Source: Octopus bimaculoides (taxonomy: Eukaryota). From it: DNA of 41,715 nt. The translations under genes and the position numbers were made by a program. The notes beneath the pieces were generated by a model. The model did no database searches. It was not told the origin of the DNA and saw only the letters and a program-made list of their open reading frames with translations. The DNA lies in the NCBI RefSeq assembly GCF_001194135.2, contig NC_068994.1, positions 17,589,126 through 17,630,840 of the forward strand, read 5' to 3'. Of this stretch, positions 1 to 10,700 are shown one piece after another. Each line of letters opens with the position of its first letter. Position 1 is the stretch's first letter.

Positions 1-6
1 ATATAT

Positions 7-312
7 AATTGCAGCGTGGAAGGTGTTTATAAGCCATTTAAAATAACACACAAAATCCGTCAGATTCACTTCAACATTTAAATTTAATTTGTCAAAATAT
101 TTTCGTCGCTTTGAGACCGCGACCTGTTCACTGACAAAATTCTGTCAAAGCGACGAAAATATTTTGACAAATTAAATTTAAATGTTGAAGTGAATCTAAC
201 GGTGTTTGTGTGTTACTTTAAATGGCTTATAAACACCTTCCACGCTGCAATTGTTTTCGTTCCAGCACACGATCTCAGATCAGGTCACTTGCTATGCAAG
301 TGCATCTCCGTA
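7..312. mobile_element. Head-to-head pair of repeat ends, possibly Penelope-like pLTR fragments, between (TA)n tracts
   Basis: 108-bp inverted arms at 7-114 and 145-252 with 4 mismatches. Carries the hammerhead-like motif. The family assignment is inference. Confidence 0.55.
88..138 (-). ncRNA. Candidate minimal type-I hammerhead ribozyme with variant G3-C8 core
   Basis: Minus strand reads UUUGUCA-GUGAACA-G-GUCGC-(9 nt)-GCGAC-GAA-AAUAUU-U-UGACAAA: stem I, core, stem II, palindromic stem III, stem I. Confidence 0.5.
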
Positions 313-666
313 ATATATATATAATGTAATATAATATAAATCTGACTTGGTGTATAAACAAAATTCCATCTTTCCTGTTAATATACCGAGTCTAATTTTA
401 AAAGTTGACATCGCAATCGCAATCACAACAAAAGTCGGTTAGGCCAAGATTATCACATCGAAAACGAGTATTCTAAAACAGCTAATGCACATTACTCGTT
501 AAGAATATCATGGGCGGTGGGGAAAGTTATATAGATGTTCCTGATTATGTTTACATATAATGATAAAGTAAGTATCAACGAGATTTGCACCTGTCAAAAC
601 TATAGCCTTTTCACTTAGCTTGAAAACCTGTCTGCAAGAAATTATCATTAACATGAGTTCGAATTA

Positions 667-785
667 GGTGACGAGCTGGCGGAATCGTTAGCACGCTAGA
701 AACGTCTTAACGTTCTGAGTTCAAATTCCACCGAGGTCGACTTTGCCTTTCATCCTTTCGAAGTCGATAAAAGAAAGTACCAATC
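667..785 (+). mobile_element. tRNA-derived SINE family B, partial
   Basis: gagctggcggaatcgttagc head, gttctgagttcaaattcc B-box, ctttgcctttcatcctttcg core shared with other copies in the window. Confidence 0.8.
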
Positions 786-1151
786 GAGATTGAAAGACAG
801 AATGACCTCGGCAAAGATTGAACACAGAATGTACAAAAAAAAAAAAAAGCTTGTAAAAAAAAATGTCACCGAGCATTTTACCTGTTGCTCTAACGATTCT
901 GTATGCTCGCCGCCTTAATTATTATTAGTTACAATGCATTTGGCAAAGGCACGTACATCACTACCTCTTATTTCCAGTCGAAAAACGATGTCAGTAATAG
1001 ATATTTTGGAAAAGAAAAAACTTCGTTAATCAAATTAAAAAAAGAAAAATCTTACATGCATTGTTACAAAGTACGAAAACAACTTCAAACAAGTTTTTAT
1101 TTAAGAGGTAAAATAAATACTATGAAAAATAAGTTCTTTCGTCTATTCTGA

Positions 1152-1310
1152 GGCATAACTACAGGGTTTTACCCCCCAGACTTTGGGAGGTCATAACTTT
1201 CAGAAAAATGAATTTTTTTAAATGAAATTTTCTACGCATATAGTATTAACTATGTAAAGTTATGACCTCTCAAAGTCTGGGGGGTAAAACCCTGTAGTTA
1301 TGCCGTACTG
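1152..1310. mobile_element. MITE with 49-bp inverted repeats (probably Tc1/mariner type)
   Basis: 1152-1200 and 1256-1304 are reverse complements with 1 mismatch. The right end finishes GTACTG. Confidence 0.75.
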
Positions 1311-1490
1311 AAATGTTTTAATTTGAAATGCTGCAATGACTATCATTTTTTATCTTTTTACATTTCTAATGTTTTTCTTTATTATTATTACCTTTTTATT
1401 TGCCCATCTGATGACTCAGATAAGTTAGCTGCAACAAGTTAATATATTATTGTGTCATCTGTTAAGAATAGATAATGTGCACAGATCCAA

Positions 1491-1775
1491 CCAATTGGAT
1501 GACGAAGCGGCAAATTCGAAAAAGAGAGAGAGAAAGAGACAACGTTATTACATTGCCTTCTTTACATAACAATTAATGTTTCTTGACCCATAATACAGCT
1601 AAAAGCCGGCTCTAGCTTAACTCCCCTTTCACACTATTTACTTCCAGCTCCTCAAATTCAAACTGACCAATTGTAAAGCTTGTTGAGCGTCACGTGACTC
1701 TATTACCTATTAGTTGAATGGATGGCGACGACGTTAACTGGCACCAAATTTAAAATTGCGAATATAAACGAAAAT
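1491..1775 (+). promoter_or_regulatory. Putative PRC1 promoter / 5' UTR with CCAAT, CDE/CHR-like and E-box motifs
   Basis: CCAAT at 1491 and 1667. GCGG-caaa-TTCGAA at 1507-1520. TTCAAA (reverse CHR) at 1657-1662. GTCACGTGAC at 1689-1698. TTTAAA at 1749-1754. Locally CpG-enriched. TSS not determined. Confidence 0.5.
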
Positions 1776-1783
1776 ATGTCCGC
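1776..1783 (+). CDS. PRC1: PRC1 exon 1 coding part (ATG TCC GC, phase 2)
   Basis: ATGTCCGC followed by consensus donor GTAAGT at 1784. Phase 2 matches the acceptor at 11686 and gives M-S-A-D-T-L-S-Q. Confidence 0.85.
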
Positions 1784-4700
1784 GTAAGTTCGTCAAATTT
1801 CTCTCTTTTTTAATTTTTATATAGAATGATATAAACATCGAACTGTAAAAATTTATGTATCTCTGCTTTCTTGTCAAATGTAAAGAGAAACAATACCAAA
1901 ATTACTGATGTTTTTTTCTTTTCGCTTACACAATATTCACGCGCTTCAAATATATATTTGTAAAAATGTGTTTGTATCTATTTGTATACTAGATAGTATT
2001 TTAACTCTTTCTCAGATTACTTTATTTTTGTTATTTATATATATTTGGTCACACTTCTCTCATTGACTATATAGTGAATAATTTGAACTGATTTAATTAG
2101 ATATACCTCTGGAGTTCAATAATAACGATTTTTTGTTTTCAAACCGTTAAGTGGTGCAGTCTATTGACTTGGAGCTCCACTATTTTATACATATATAGTT
2201 CAAGGGCTGGAATATTTTTTACTTATGGATCCCTTTGGTTACTATTTTATTTTGGCGGACCCACATAGCCATTAAACGTTTATAGAAACTCCTTTCAAAT
2301 ATATATGCCCTTTTACACTTAGGTTGAACTATGTAAAATGTTAGAGAAAGAAACCTACCATTACTTACATCTAAAGTAAAAAAAGTTTTCAGGGGCCCTT
2401 AAAAAACTTGTGTGGGTACCCTATTTTATGTTGAAACCCCTTTACACCCCCGAAAAAGATATATGGACCCTCCGGGTTGAGAACCACTGATCTAGTTTAA
2501 CTTTGATGTTAAAAATAAATAAAAATTATATCAACCTCTAACTACAATGTGTTGGAAGGAAATATGGCTGTTATTATTCCCTTGTTAGTTCATATAATAA
2601 TCAGTATTAATTTGTGGTTAAATCAAACGACTACATTCTCTTGGTTTACTAAATTGGTAGACATTAAACGTTTTAACAAAATTCAAGGCCCGAGTACATA
2701 AGTACACTTAGGAATGGTTTAGAAAAATATCGCAAAAGAAATAAAACAAGTAAAGAATACACACACTCAGTGTTTAAAGTTAAGGTTAGGGTTTTTGTGA
2801 CGCCGAAAACGAGTGGTGTATGTATTCTTTATTTCCACCTTGTGTGTAGCGTAGTTTTGAACTAGTTTCAAATGACCACAACTTGTTTCGATGCATAATC
2901 TTTAATCTGATACCATATCTCATTTAACTGATTAGCTTTTCTTTTCATATTGACACCTGACATTTTCGCTTTTCACATATACGGTATTCTTTTCTTTGGC
3001 TTTTTACACTTTCGTTTTACGCCCACAAAAGAAAAACCCCAGGTCGACCGGTTACAAATAAAAAACTAAATTTCCCTCAACAAATAGTAACGGTCAAGTT
3101 ACCTCCTCCCCCCCCCCCCNNNNNNNNNNNNNNNNGCCACAGGTAAAATACTAAAATAACTTTAGCAAAAACATTTCTTGTTTGATATTTTAAAGAGCTG
3201 AGCAGATGATTTGCATGAAATTTGTTTATAAAAAAAAAAGTTATAAGTAAATAGCTGTGGTATCCTCTAGCATATAATTAGCAACACACTTTTTGTAAAT
3301 AAGTCTGACAACTCTTTGCTTTCGCCAACACTATTTACGTAAATTGAAGCAATGGCAAAAAGGCTCTTCTGTATACCTGAAATGTGAAGGAAAATATAAT
3401 GGATAAAGAAACGAATAATGAATGGCGAATTGAATGTAATGTAATAAACGATAATATATGTGTGTTGTAACCCTCTATTTTGCATGCGATCAAATGTATT
3501 TCATTTTTATTACACTCTGATCAACGTTCTGTTAAACACCAATCATTATACGTAGCTTGGAATCGTTGACGCTTGAATAAGCTGCCTACATGTTCGACAA
3601 AAACGAGTGGTCCTGGAGCAATCTATAAGTAAATTATCTGGATGGTTCTCAGCATTTTCAACGAGAATAAGATGTTTTTTAAGCTCATCCTCGCCAAAGA
3701 TCCAATGCATAATACTCTTTTACTTGTTTCAGTCATTTGAGTGCGGTCATGCTGGAGCACCGCCTTTAGTCGAGAAAATCGACCCCAGGACTTATTCTTT
3801 TGAAGCCTAGTACTTATTCTATCGGTTTCTTGCTGAACCGCTAAGTGACGGGGACATAAACACACCAGCATCGGTTGTCAAGTGACGTCTGGGGGACAAA
3901 CACAGACACACATACATACATATATATACATATATATATGACAGGCTTCTTTCAGTTTCCATCTACCAAATCCACTCACAAGGCTTTGGTCGGCCCGAGG
4001 CTATAGTAGAAGACACTTGCCCTAGGTGCTACGCAGTGGGACTGAACCCAGAATCATGTGGTTGGTAAGCAAGCTACTTACCACACAGCCACTCCTGTGC
4101 CTAATGTCAACAACCTTGTAATAAAAGTCCATCAAAAGCAGTGCAAATAATTTTTCAGCTTGAAAACACCTGCCTGTCCATGGTTGTTTGTCATCTTTCA
4201 AGTCCAATGTTCAGTTTATTTCATTTCACTTTTTTACACTATCTTGTTGACTGTGTTATTTTTCAAATCCTTTAAATAAGAGGAATCCAATAAATGGCAA
4301 ATCAACGTAATTCAGACTGTCCCTATCTCATCTTGGTAACTATGTTTAGTCCAAATCCAGTGCAGTGAAGTCATTCTCACTCATTTCATGTAGATTTTCT
4401 GCTGAAACCGACTTCGGTATCTGATTTTTACCAGTTTTTGCCTATAAGATTGTATACAGGTGGATTCTTTAAAAAATATTTACAACATTGTGTGTTATGA
4501 AACATTTTCATCAAACCTCTGCTTTTTTTATTTACCAGCATTGCAGGCAACATGTCTCCTGACATTAGGAGAAGCAATGTCAGTCAGTTGGTAAAGGTCA
4601 TTGTCATTGGACCTGAGACAACTAGTTGCTTCTTTGTTTGTTAAATGAAACATAGAAATTTTCATTGTCTTAACAGCAAGAGCCTTAGATTGCTTGAAGC

Positions 4701-7700
4701 AACATAGTGATTTCTGTAAATGGCAAACAAAAATGGTCACCATGCTATCTTGGAATAGACTATTTTGTAGTTTTCTACTGTGTTCTTTTTGCTGTTCAGC
4801 ATCTGTTTCTTATTAATACTTGATGAGCCATATTTGTAAATGTCAGTTGTGTAACTTCTTTGGTAATTGTATAGTAACTTTGTTCATTCAACAAAAACTG
4901 TTCCAGTAATTTGTTGTTTAAACCCCTTTTCTATGTATATATATTAAGTAGCAGACTTTCTACAATGTATCCAGCTTTGTTCTTTAATTTAGTGTTGCTC
5001 CTTAATGTGGAGGCGCAATGGCCCAGTGGTTAGGGCAGCGGACTCGTGGTCATAGGATCGCGGTTTCGATTCCCAGACCGGGCGTTGTGTTTATTGAGCG
5101 AAAACACCTAAAGCTCCACGAGGCTCCTGCAGGGGATGGTGGCGAACCCTGCTGTACTCTTTCACCATAACTTTCTCCCGCTCTTACTTCCTGTTTCTGT
5201 TGTGCCTGTAATTCAAAGGGTCAACCTTGTCACACTGTGTCACGCTGAATATCCCGAGGACTACGTTAAGGGTAGAGTACCAACAACAACAACAGCTCCT
5301 TAATGGGTGAGATTCTGTTAAGAATTAAATGCCCAAAAAGCTTGAGCCTTTACTGTTTGAATTGAAATTGAAGGGCAATTTAGTTTGCAATGTTATATTC
5401 TGTTGGTGTTCCAAAGTTATTACTTAGCTTTTTTTTGTGTGAGTTACCATGCTTCCTGGTTGTTTCTACTCCTATACAGATGTCCTTATTCATTTTCACG
5501 AATTTAGGGTGTGTTTCTTTTCTATTTGGTTAGCCAAGTGCAGAGATTTGTCATTATTTTTAAGCCTTTTCCTGTCCTGAGTATCACATGTGATACAAGG
5601 ACATATTTCCCAGGTATCCATTGCATCATATGATACACATTCCCTATTTTTTCAACCATTAGAGTAACTTGGGAATTATTTTTAAAAATGCTTTATATTG
5701 CTCAATGTATGATACAAGGGTTAACTAAAGGTCAGAAAACAAACATGAACGTTTAGGACAAACTTACGAAAATGCTTTGAACAGATAAAGGGTTAAAATA
5801 TCAGAAAGGCAATGGGTTAGGCAGCTTAAAAAGAACTAGCAAGACCAGAGTCCACACCAGGTTCCATAGTCTGTTTTGGCTTGGTTTCAATTCTAGGGTA
5901 TTGATGCCCTTCCTAATGTCAGCCACTCCATAGTGTACTGGGTGCTTTTTATGTGCACCAGCACCCACACCAATGCTTTTCATGTGGCACCTTGGTTTTA
6001 GAATCTCAATTCTGTTGTGGTGGGTGTGCCTTCTCATACAGCAATGTGCCACATATCTCAATCCTCTGTCATCTCCTTCATAAGGTCTGACCTTTTGAGA
6101 TCGTCCCTTCAATACTTGCTCCTTACTGAAGCAATAATTGGATCTATACACCAATGGGGCTGTATTGAATTTGGAAAAATTGAGTCCAAGACCAATTTGT
6201 TTCACAATGCAAGTATTTGTTACTATCAAACACTAAACTGGAGGTTAGATCAATATTTCCAGCACCCCCTGTTTAATGATTTTTGTCTGTTTGGAATTAT
6301 GGATTAAGTTGAGATAGTTGCTAGCTGTGCAGGAATTTCCTTCATCTAGGAGAGTAACATTGTAACCCTATTGAATATCACGGCTGTTGAAAAATCTTTA
6401 ATGATGTTTTTGAGCTTTGAGTTTACAAGTGGTTCCCCAGGAACCAGAAGGGGTGTATTGAAAAGTTTATAGATAGGCATATTGGTCTTGAAAGATCATG
6501 GATCTGTACCTGGAGAATTTTTTATGTCAGCTGCTGAGGGTGATGCAGTGTCAGCTGTGACTGTACGGACCCACACGGGAGTGGCAGTCTTGTATGAAGT
6601 GGCTGCATTTGAAGAAGCTTTCCACTGGTGCTACTGACTTTTCCTTCAAGTACACTTTTCTTTGGTGGCAAGTTCCAGTTTCTCTTCCACTTCTGTAGTG
6701 CTTATCTCCAGCTTTTATATATTGTAGTAAATTTCATGTGCTTGTTCAGTTATCATAGCTTAATTTTAGATCTGGAGTTAGATAGCCCTTTGTGCATGTC
6801 TCGTAAAATAAGACATCACATTTAATTTATTAGCAAATAGATACTCTGTCTCTCATTGTGTTTTGCCTGTTAGATTTAAGGGGGGAAAAACATTGAAGTG
6901 TGAGCACAATTTGCAGAGAACTTTTAGCTGTGTCAATGAGAACACTTGTGCTAATAACTGTTGGACGGCATGAGGTGTCCAAATGGTTGGGTAGGAGAGT
7001 AAAGTGTTTAGTGCAATATCTGGGAATTTACATTTGAGTGTAATGGTAAAGGCATACAGTATGCAGCTAGTCTATTCGGGATAAAGAAGAGACAAACTTC
7101 TTTGAATCAGTAGTTGAAGTGTAGGGTATCTTTGCCATTCACTTAAATGCACTTTTTGTGGATGCAGTCTTGTAGGTTTGTGATGCAACGGTTTCATCTT
7201 CTGTATGTCATCAGTACACCCGTGTAAGTCTTATTTGGATTTTTGTTTCAAGCTTTTCGCAATGAAATTTTCTGTTTTAATTATGTTTCATAAGTTATTA
7301 CATTCCTAATTTGTAGAATCTATGCAACATCCCAGGATGTTGTAACATCTGTGTTGAAAAACACTTCTGTCAAGTATCTTACACCAGCTCATCACTACTC
7401 AAAATAATGATCTAACTTCATTGCCAGTTTATTTGTTTGTTCATTTTATGCCCATTTTCCAAGCATGCATATGTTAAAATTACATATTGTCATTTATTTG
7501 TTATATAAATGTTCCTTGACAAATTGTGTGTGTGTCATTTAATGTCTGTTTTCCATGCTGACGTGAATTGGGTGGTTTGACAGGAGCTGGCCAACTGAAG
7601 AACTACCTGGACACCATGTCTGTTTTGGCATAGTTTCTAAGCCTTTCCTAACACCAACCACTTTACAAAGTGTGCTGTGTGCTTCTTTTACGCAACACCG

Positions 7701-10700
7701 GCATGGGTATTTCTACATGGCACCATAACCACAAGCCTGCAAGATTAGGATTGCTCAGCTGAAGAGGGACATAGGAGACCTGCCTGTATTCAAGGACAAA
7801 TTAGCTACCTCATATTTCAGGAAATATATATATGAATAATATACCTACTGATAATAAAATATCAAACTGAAATGTAGTATAGGTATAAATATTGTAAATG
7901 TACATTGAACATTAGGTTAATATCTCCAAAAATTATAATCTTATTAACAACATAACAGAGACATTTAGATGTCAAATTGTAAGGTTTGTTACATGAAATA
8001 ATTATTGCCAATAAAATTTTGAAATATGAGTTACCTAGGAAAGTTATTTATATTATTTACTGAGTTTGAGTTAAAGTTATCTTTACTTTTGTTGACCTAG
8101 AGATTATCTGTTGAAGAATGATAGTAAATCTTAAAACAGTTGCAAAATTATGTCAATAAGTGTTGTCTTGAAACTGCATCACTTTTACTCAACAAATCTT
8201 TCCCAAAATTTGCACACAAAGCCAAAATCGTTGCAGAATGAAGAAAATTTGATGTCTAAGTCCCACCCCATCTTACCTCATGAAAGCAAGAAGATCCAAA
8301 AAAGAGATATTGAAAGGTTAATAGTTGTAATGAAGTGATTATAGACAAGGATTGTTGTTAGTGTGAGCAACAAAAATGTTTTTTCTCTTTCAGTTTCTCT
8401 TTAATTTCTTTCTTCCTCTCTTCCCTTTTCTTCACTCCTTTTTTTTCTCTGTCTTACTCTAATTCTCTCTGTCTCTCACAAGCACTTTCTTTCACACCTC
8501 TCTGAGGGAACAATGTAAAAACAGTATATATTGAAATGCTGTAAAAATCATATTTAAAAAAATGTTTGTATGAGCTTTCAAGTATCATGGAAGGTAGAAA
8601 ATAACTGTCCCACATACAAATTTGTTTATAAAATATTCAGATTTAATATTTTTTTATGTTCGAAATGATATAGATAAATACAATTGCTTTCAAATGATAT
8701 CATTTAGTACATCAAGCCTTGTGCAAGAAGGATAAGATGTCCACTTTCAACATTCAGGAGTAGCTTTACCATTTGGCTTGTTCTCTTTTACTTTTATGAA
8801 GTGGAAAAAATATTCAGCTTTAAACATGTATCTACATTACAATTAAAAACATATGCCACAGGTTCAGTCTCACTGCGTGGTATATTGGGCTGACCAAAGC
8901 CTTGTGAGTGGATTTGGTAGATGGAAACTGAAAGAAGCCTGACGTGTATATATGTATATATTTGTGTCTGTGTTTGTCCCTGCCACCATTGCTTGACAAC
9001 TGATGTTGGTATGTTTACGTCCCTGTAACTTCACGGTTTGGCAAAAGAGACTGATAGAATAAGTACTAGGCTTACAAAGAATAAGTCCTGGGGTCAGTTT
9101 GTTCAACTAAAGGCAGTGCTCTAGCATGGCCGCAGTCAAATAAACAAGTAGAAAAAGAAGAGAAAGAATTATATGATTTAACTTGCTATAAGTTTAACAA
9201 AAAAAAACTTTCTATATATTTAGCACTTGGGCAATGCTGGATACATCAGCTAGTAGAATACAATTTTCTGTTTCTTTTTCCCTCCACTTTTAACCGCTGT
9301 TGGGTGTGGAACACTGGCAATTACAGATAAAAAAAAAAAATCTTTGACAACGGTTATCCTGCTTGGCTCACCAGATGTTTTATCTGGCCTAGTTTTTTGT
9401 TTCCCTTACATTTGTGACATTTCTTAAGAATAGTAATAAAAAGTGTGTGTAGCATTTCTAAGGATGTAGAAATTAATGTTCAAAGCATCAGTTTAAAATT
9501 GATGTAAAACTTTTATACCTATGTGGGTTTTTTTCTTTTTGATTTTCCTACATCTATTTGATAATGTGGCTTTGATGAGATGGTACAAGGGCTTTAGGTT
9601 GCTATCTGCACAATTGTGAATTGATGAATTATGTTTATAACAGTATTTTGAACAGTTAGTCTTCTTTGAGCTATAATAACACCTCTGTACATTGGTTTGG
9701 TGTGTATTTAATAAAACAGAAATACTTTTATTTTGGTTTAAAACTGAACTTATACCTTCATAAAGATAACAAATGTGGAAATAAGATGCAAAAATAGGTT
9801 TTACATTTTATTATGATTGTGCAATAAACTTTGTTCTGCATAGTTAAAATTTTTGACAGATTTCACAACATAATCTTGATCATAATTGTAACACAATATG
9901 CATGCCAATAGCTCTCTAATTTCTCTTCATATTAATGTAAAAATATCAATACTAGATTTTAGCATTTCTAAGGATGTAGAATTAACAAGATGTTCTATAT
10001 ATTTTTTCTTAATTTGAAGGTAAACATTGGCTAAATATTGGAATAATAAACATTTGTACTTCTTTTACTTTGATTATTCCTGGTAATACAAAGGATCTCA
10101 TGTAATTTAGTTCTGTGGAAAAGTCCATACACCCAGACTGCTTTAATCTTCTACAATTCCTAAAGCTTATTTTATGGAGAATTCATAAATTTTTGATGTA
10201 TAAATTTTATTCAAGCAACCCCCACTGGTTTTTGTAAAAATAACTTGTGTTGAAATTAGAAATTATATAGACACTGCCGGTGGCATGTAAAAAGCACCAT
10301 TCAAACATTGCTGATGCTAGTGGCACATAAAAAGCACCATTTGAGCATGGTCGTTGCCAGTGTCACCTAACTGGCTCCCGTGCTGGTGGCACATAAAATG
10401 CACCATTCAAACGTGGTCAGTGCCAGTACTGCCTGACTGGCCCTTGTACTGGTGACATGTAAAAAGCACCCACTACACTCTTTGAGTGGTTGGTGTTAGG
10501 AAAGGCATCCAGCTGTAGAAACTTTGCCAGATCAGATTGGAGCCTAGTGCAGCCTTCTGGCTTGCCAGCATAAAAAGAGGACGTTAAATGATGACGATGA
10601 TGTATAAAATTGTTTTGATAATTGTTTTCTTTTTTAATTTTGCATCAAATCAAGGTGATTAACCTTTAACCATTTAAACTGGTTGTATTCAGCCCAAATA

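Noticed and set aside
903-1151. 82-aa ORF upstream of PRC1
   Set aside because: Low-complexity AT-rich frame with no recognisable motif or splice context.
1406-1421. CTGATGA inside a small hairpin as a hammerhead
   Set aside because: No stem II-GAAA or stem I/III partner follows.
1500-1620. Divergent gene start on the minus strand (bidirectional promoter)
   Set aside because: The minus-strand ATG frame closes after 9 codons, and I found no convincing donor or downstream exons within the window.
2740-2830. Imperfect inverted repeat around aaggttaggg, possibly a Helitron/DINE-like end
   Set aside because: Too short and degenerate to define boundaries or a family from this window alone.
5008-5085. 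tRNA gene calls for SINE heads (also 13668, 21922, 35363, 667)
   Set aside because: A- and B-box-like motifs are present, but each continues into a shared repeat body and tail and does not close an acceptor stem. These are SINEs, not tRNAs.
10275-10470. CRISPR-like repeat-spacer array
   Set aside because: Units are degenerate, spacers are related to each other, the array belongs to a LINE 3' UTR in a eukaryotic intron, and there are no cas genes.
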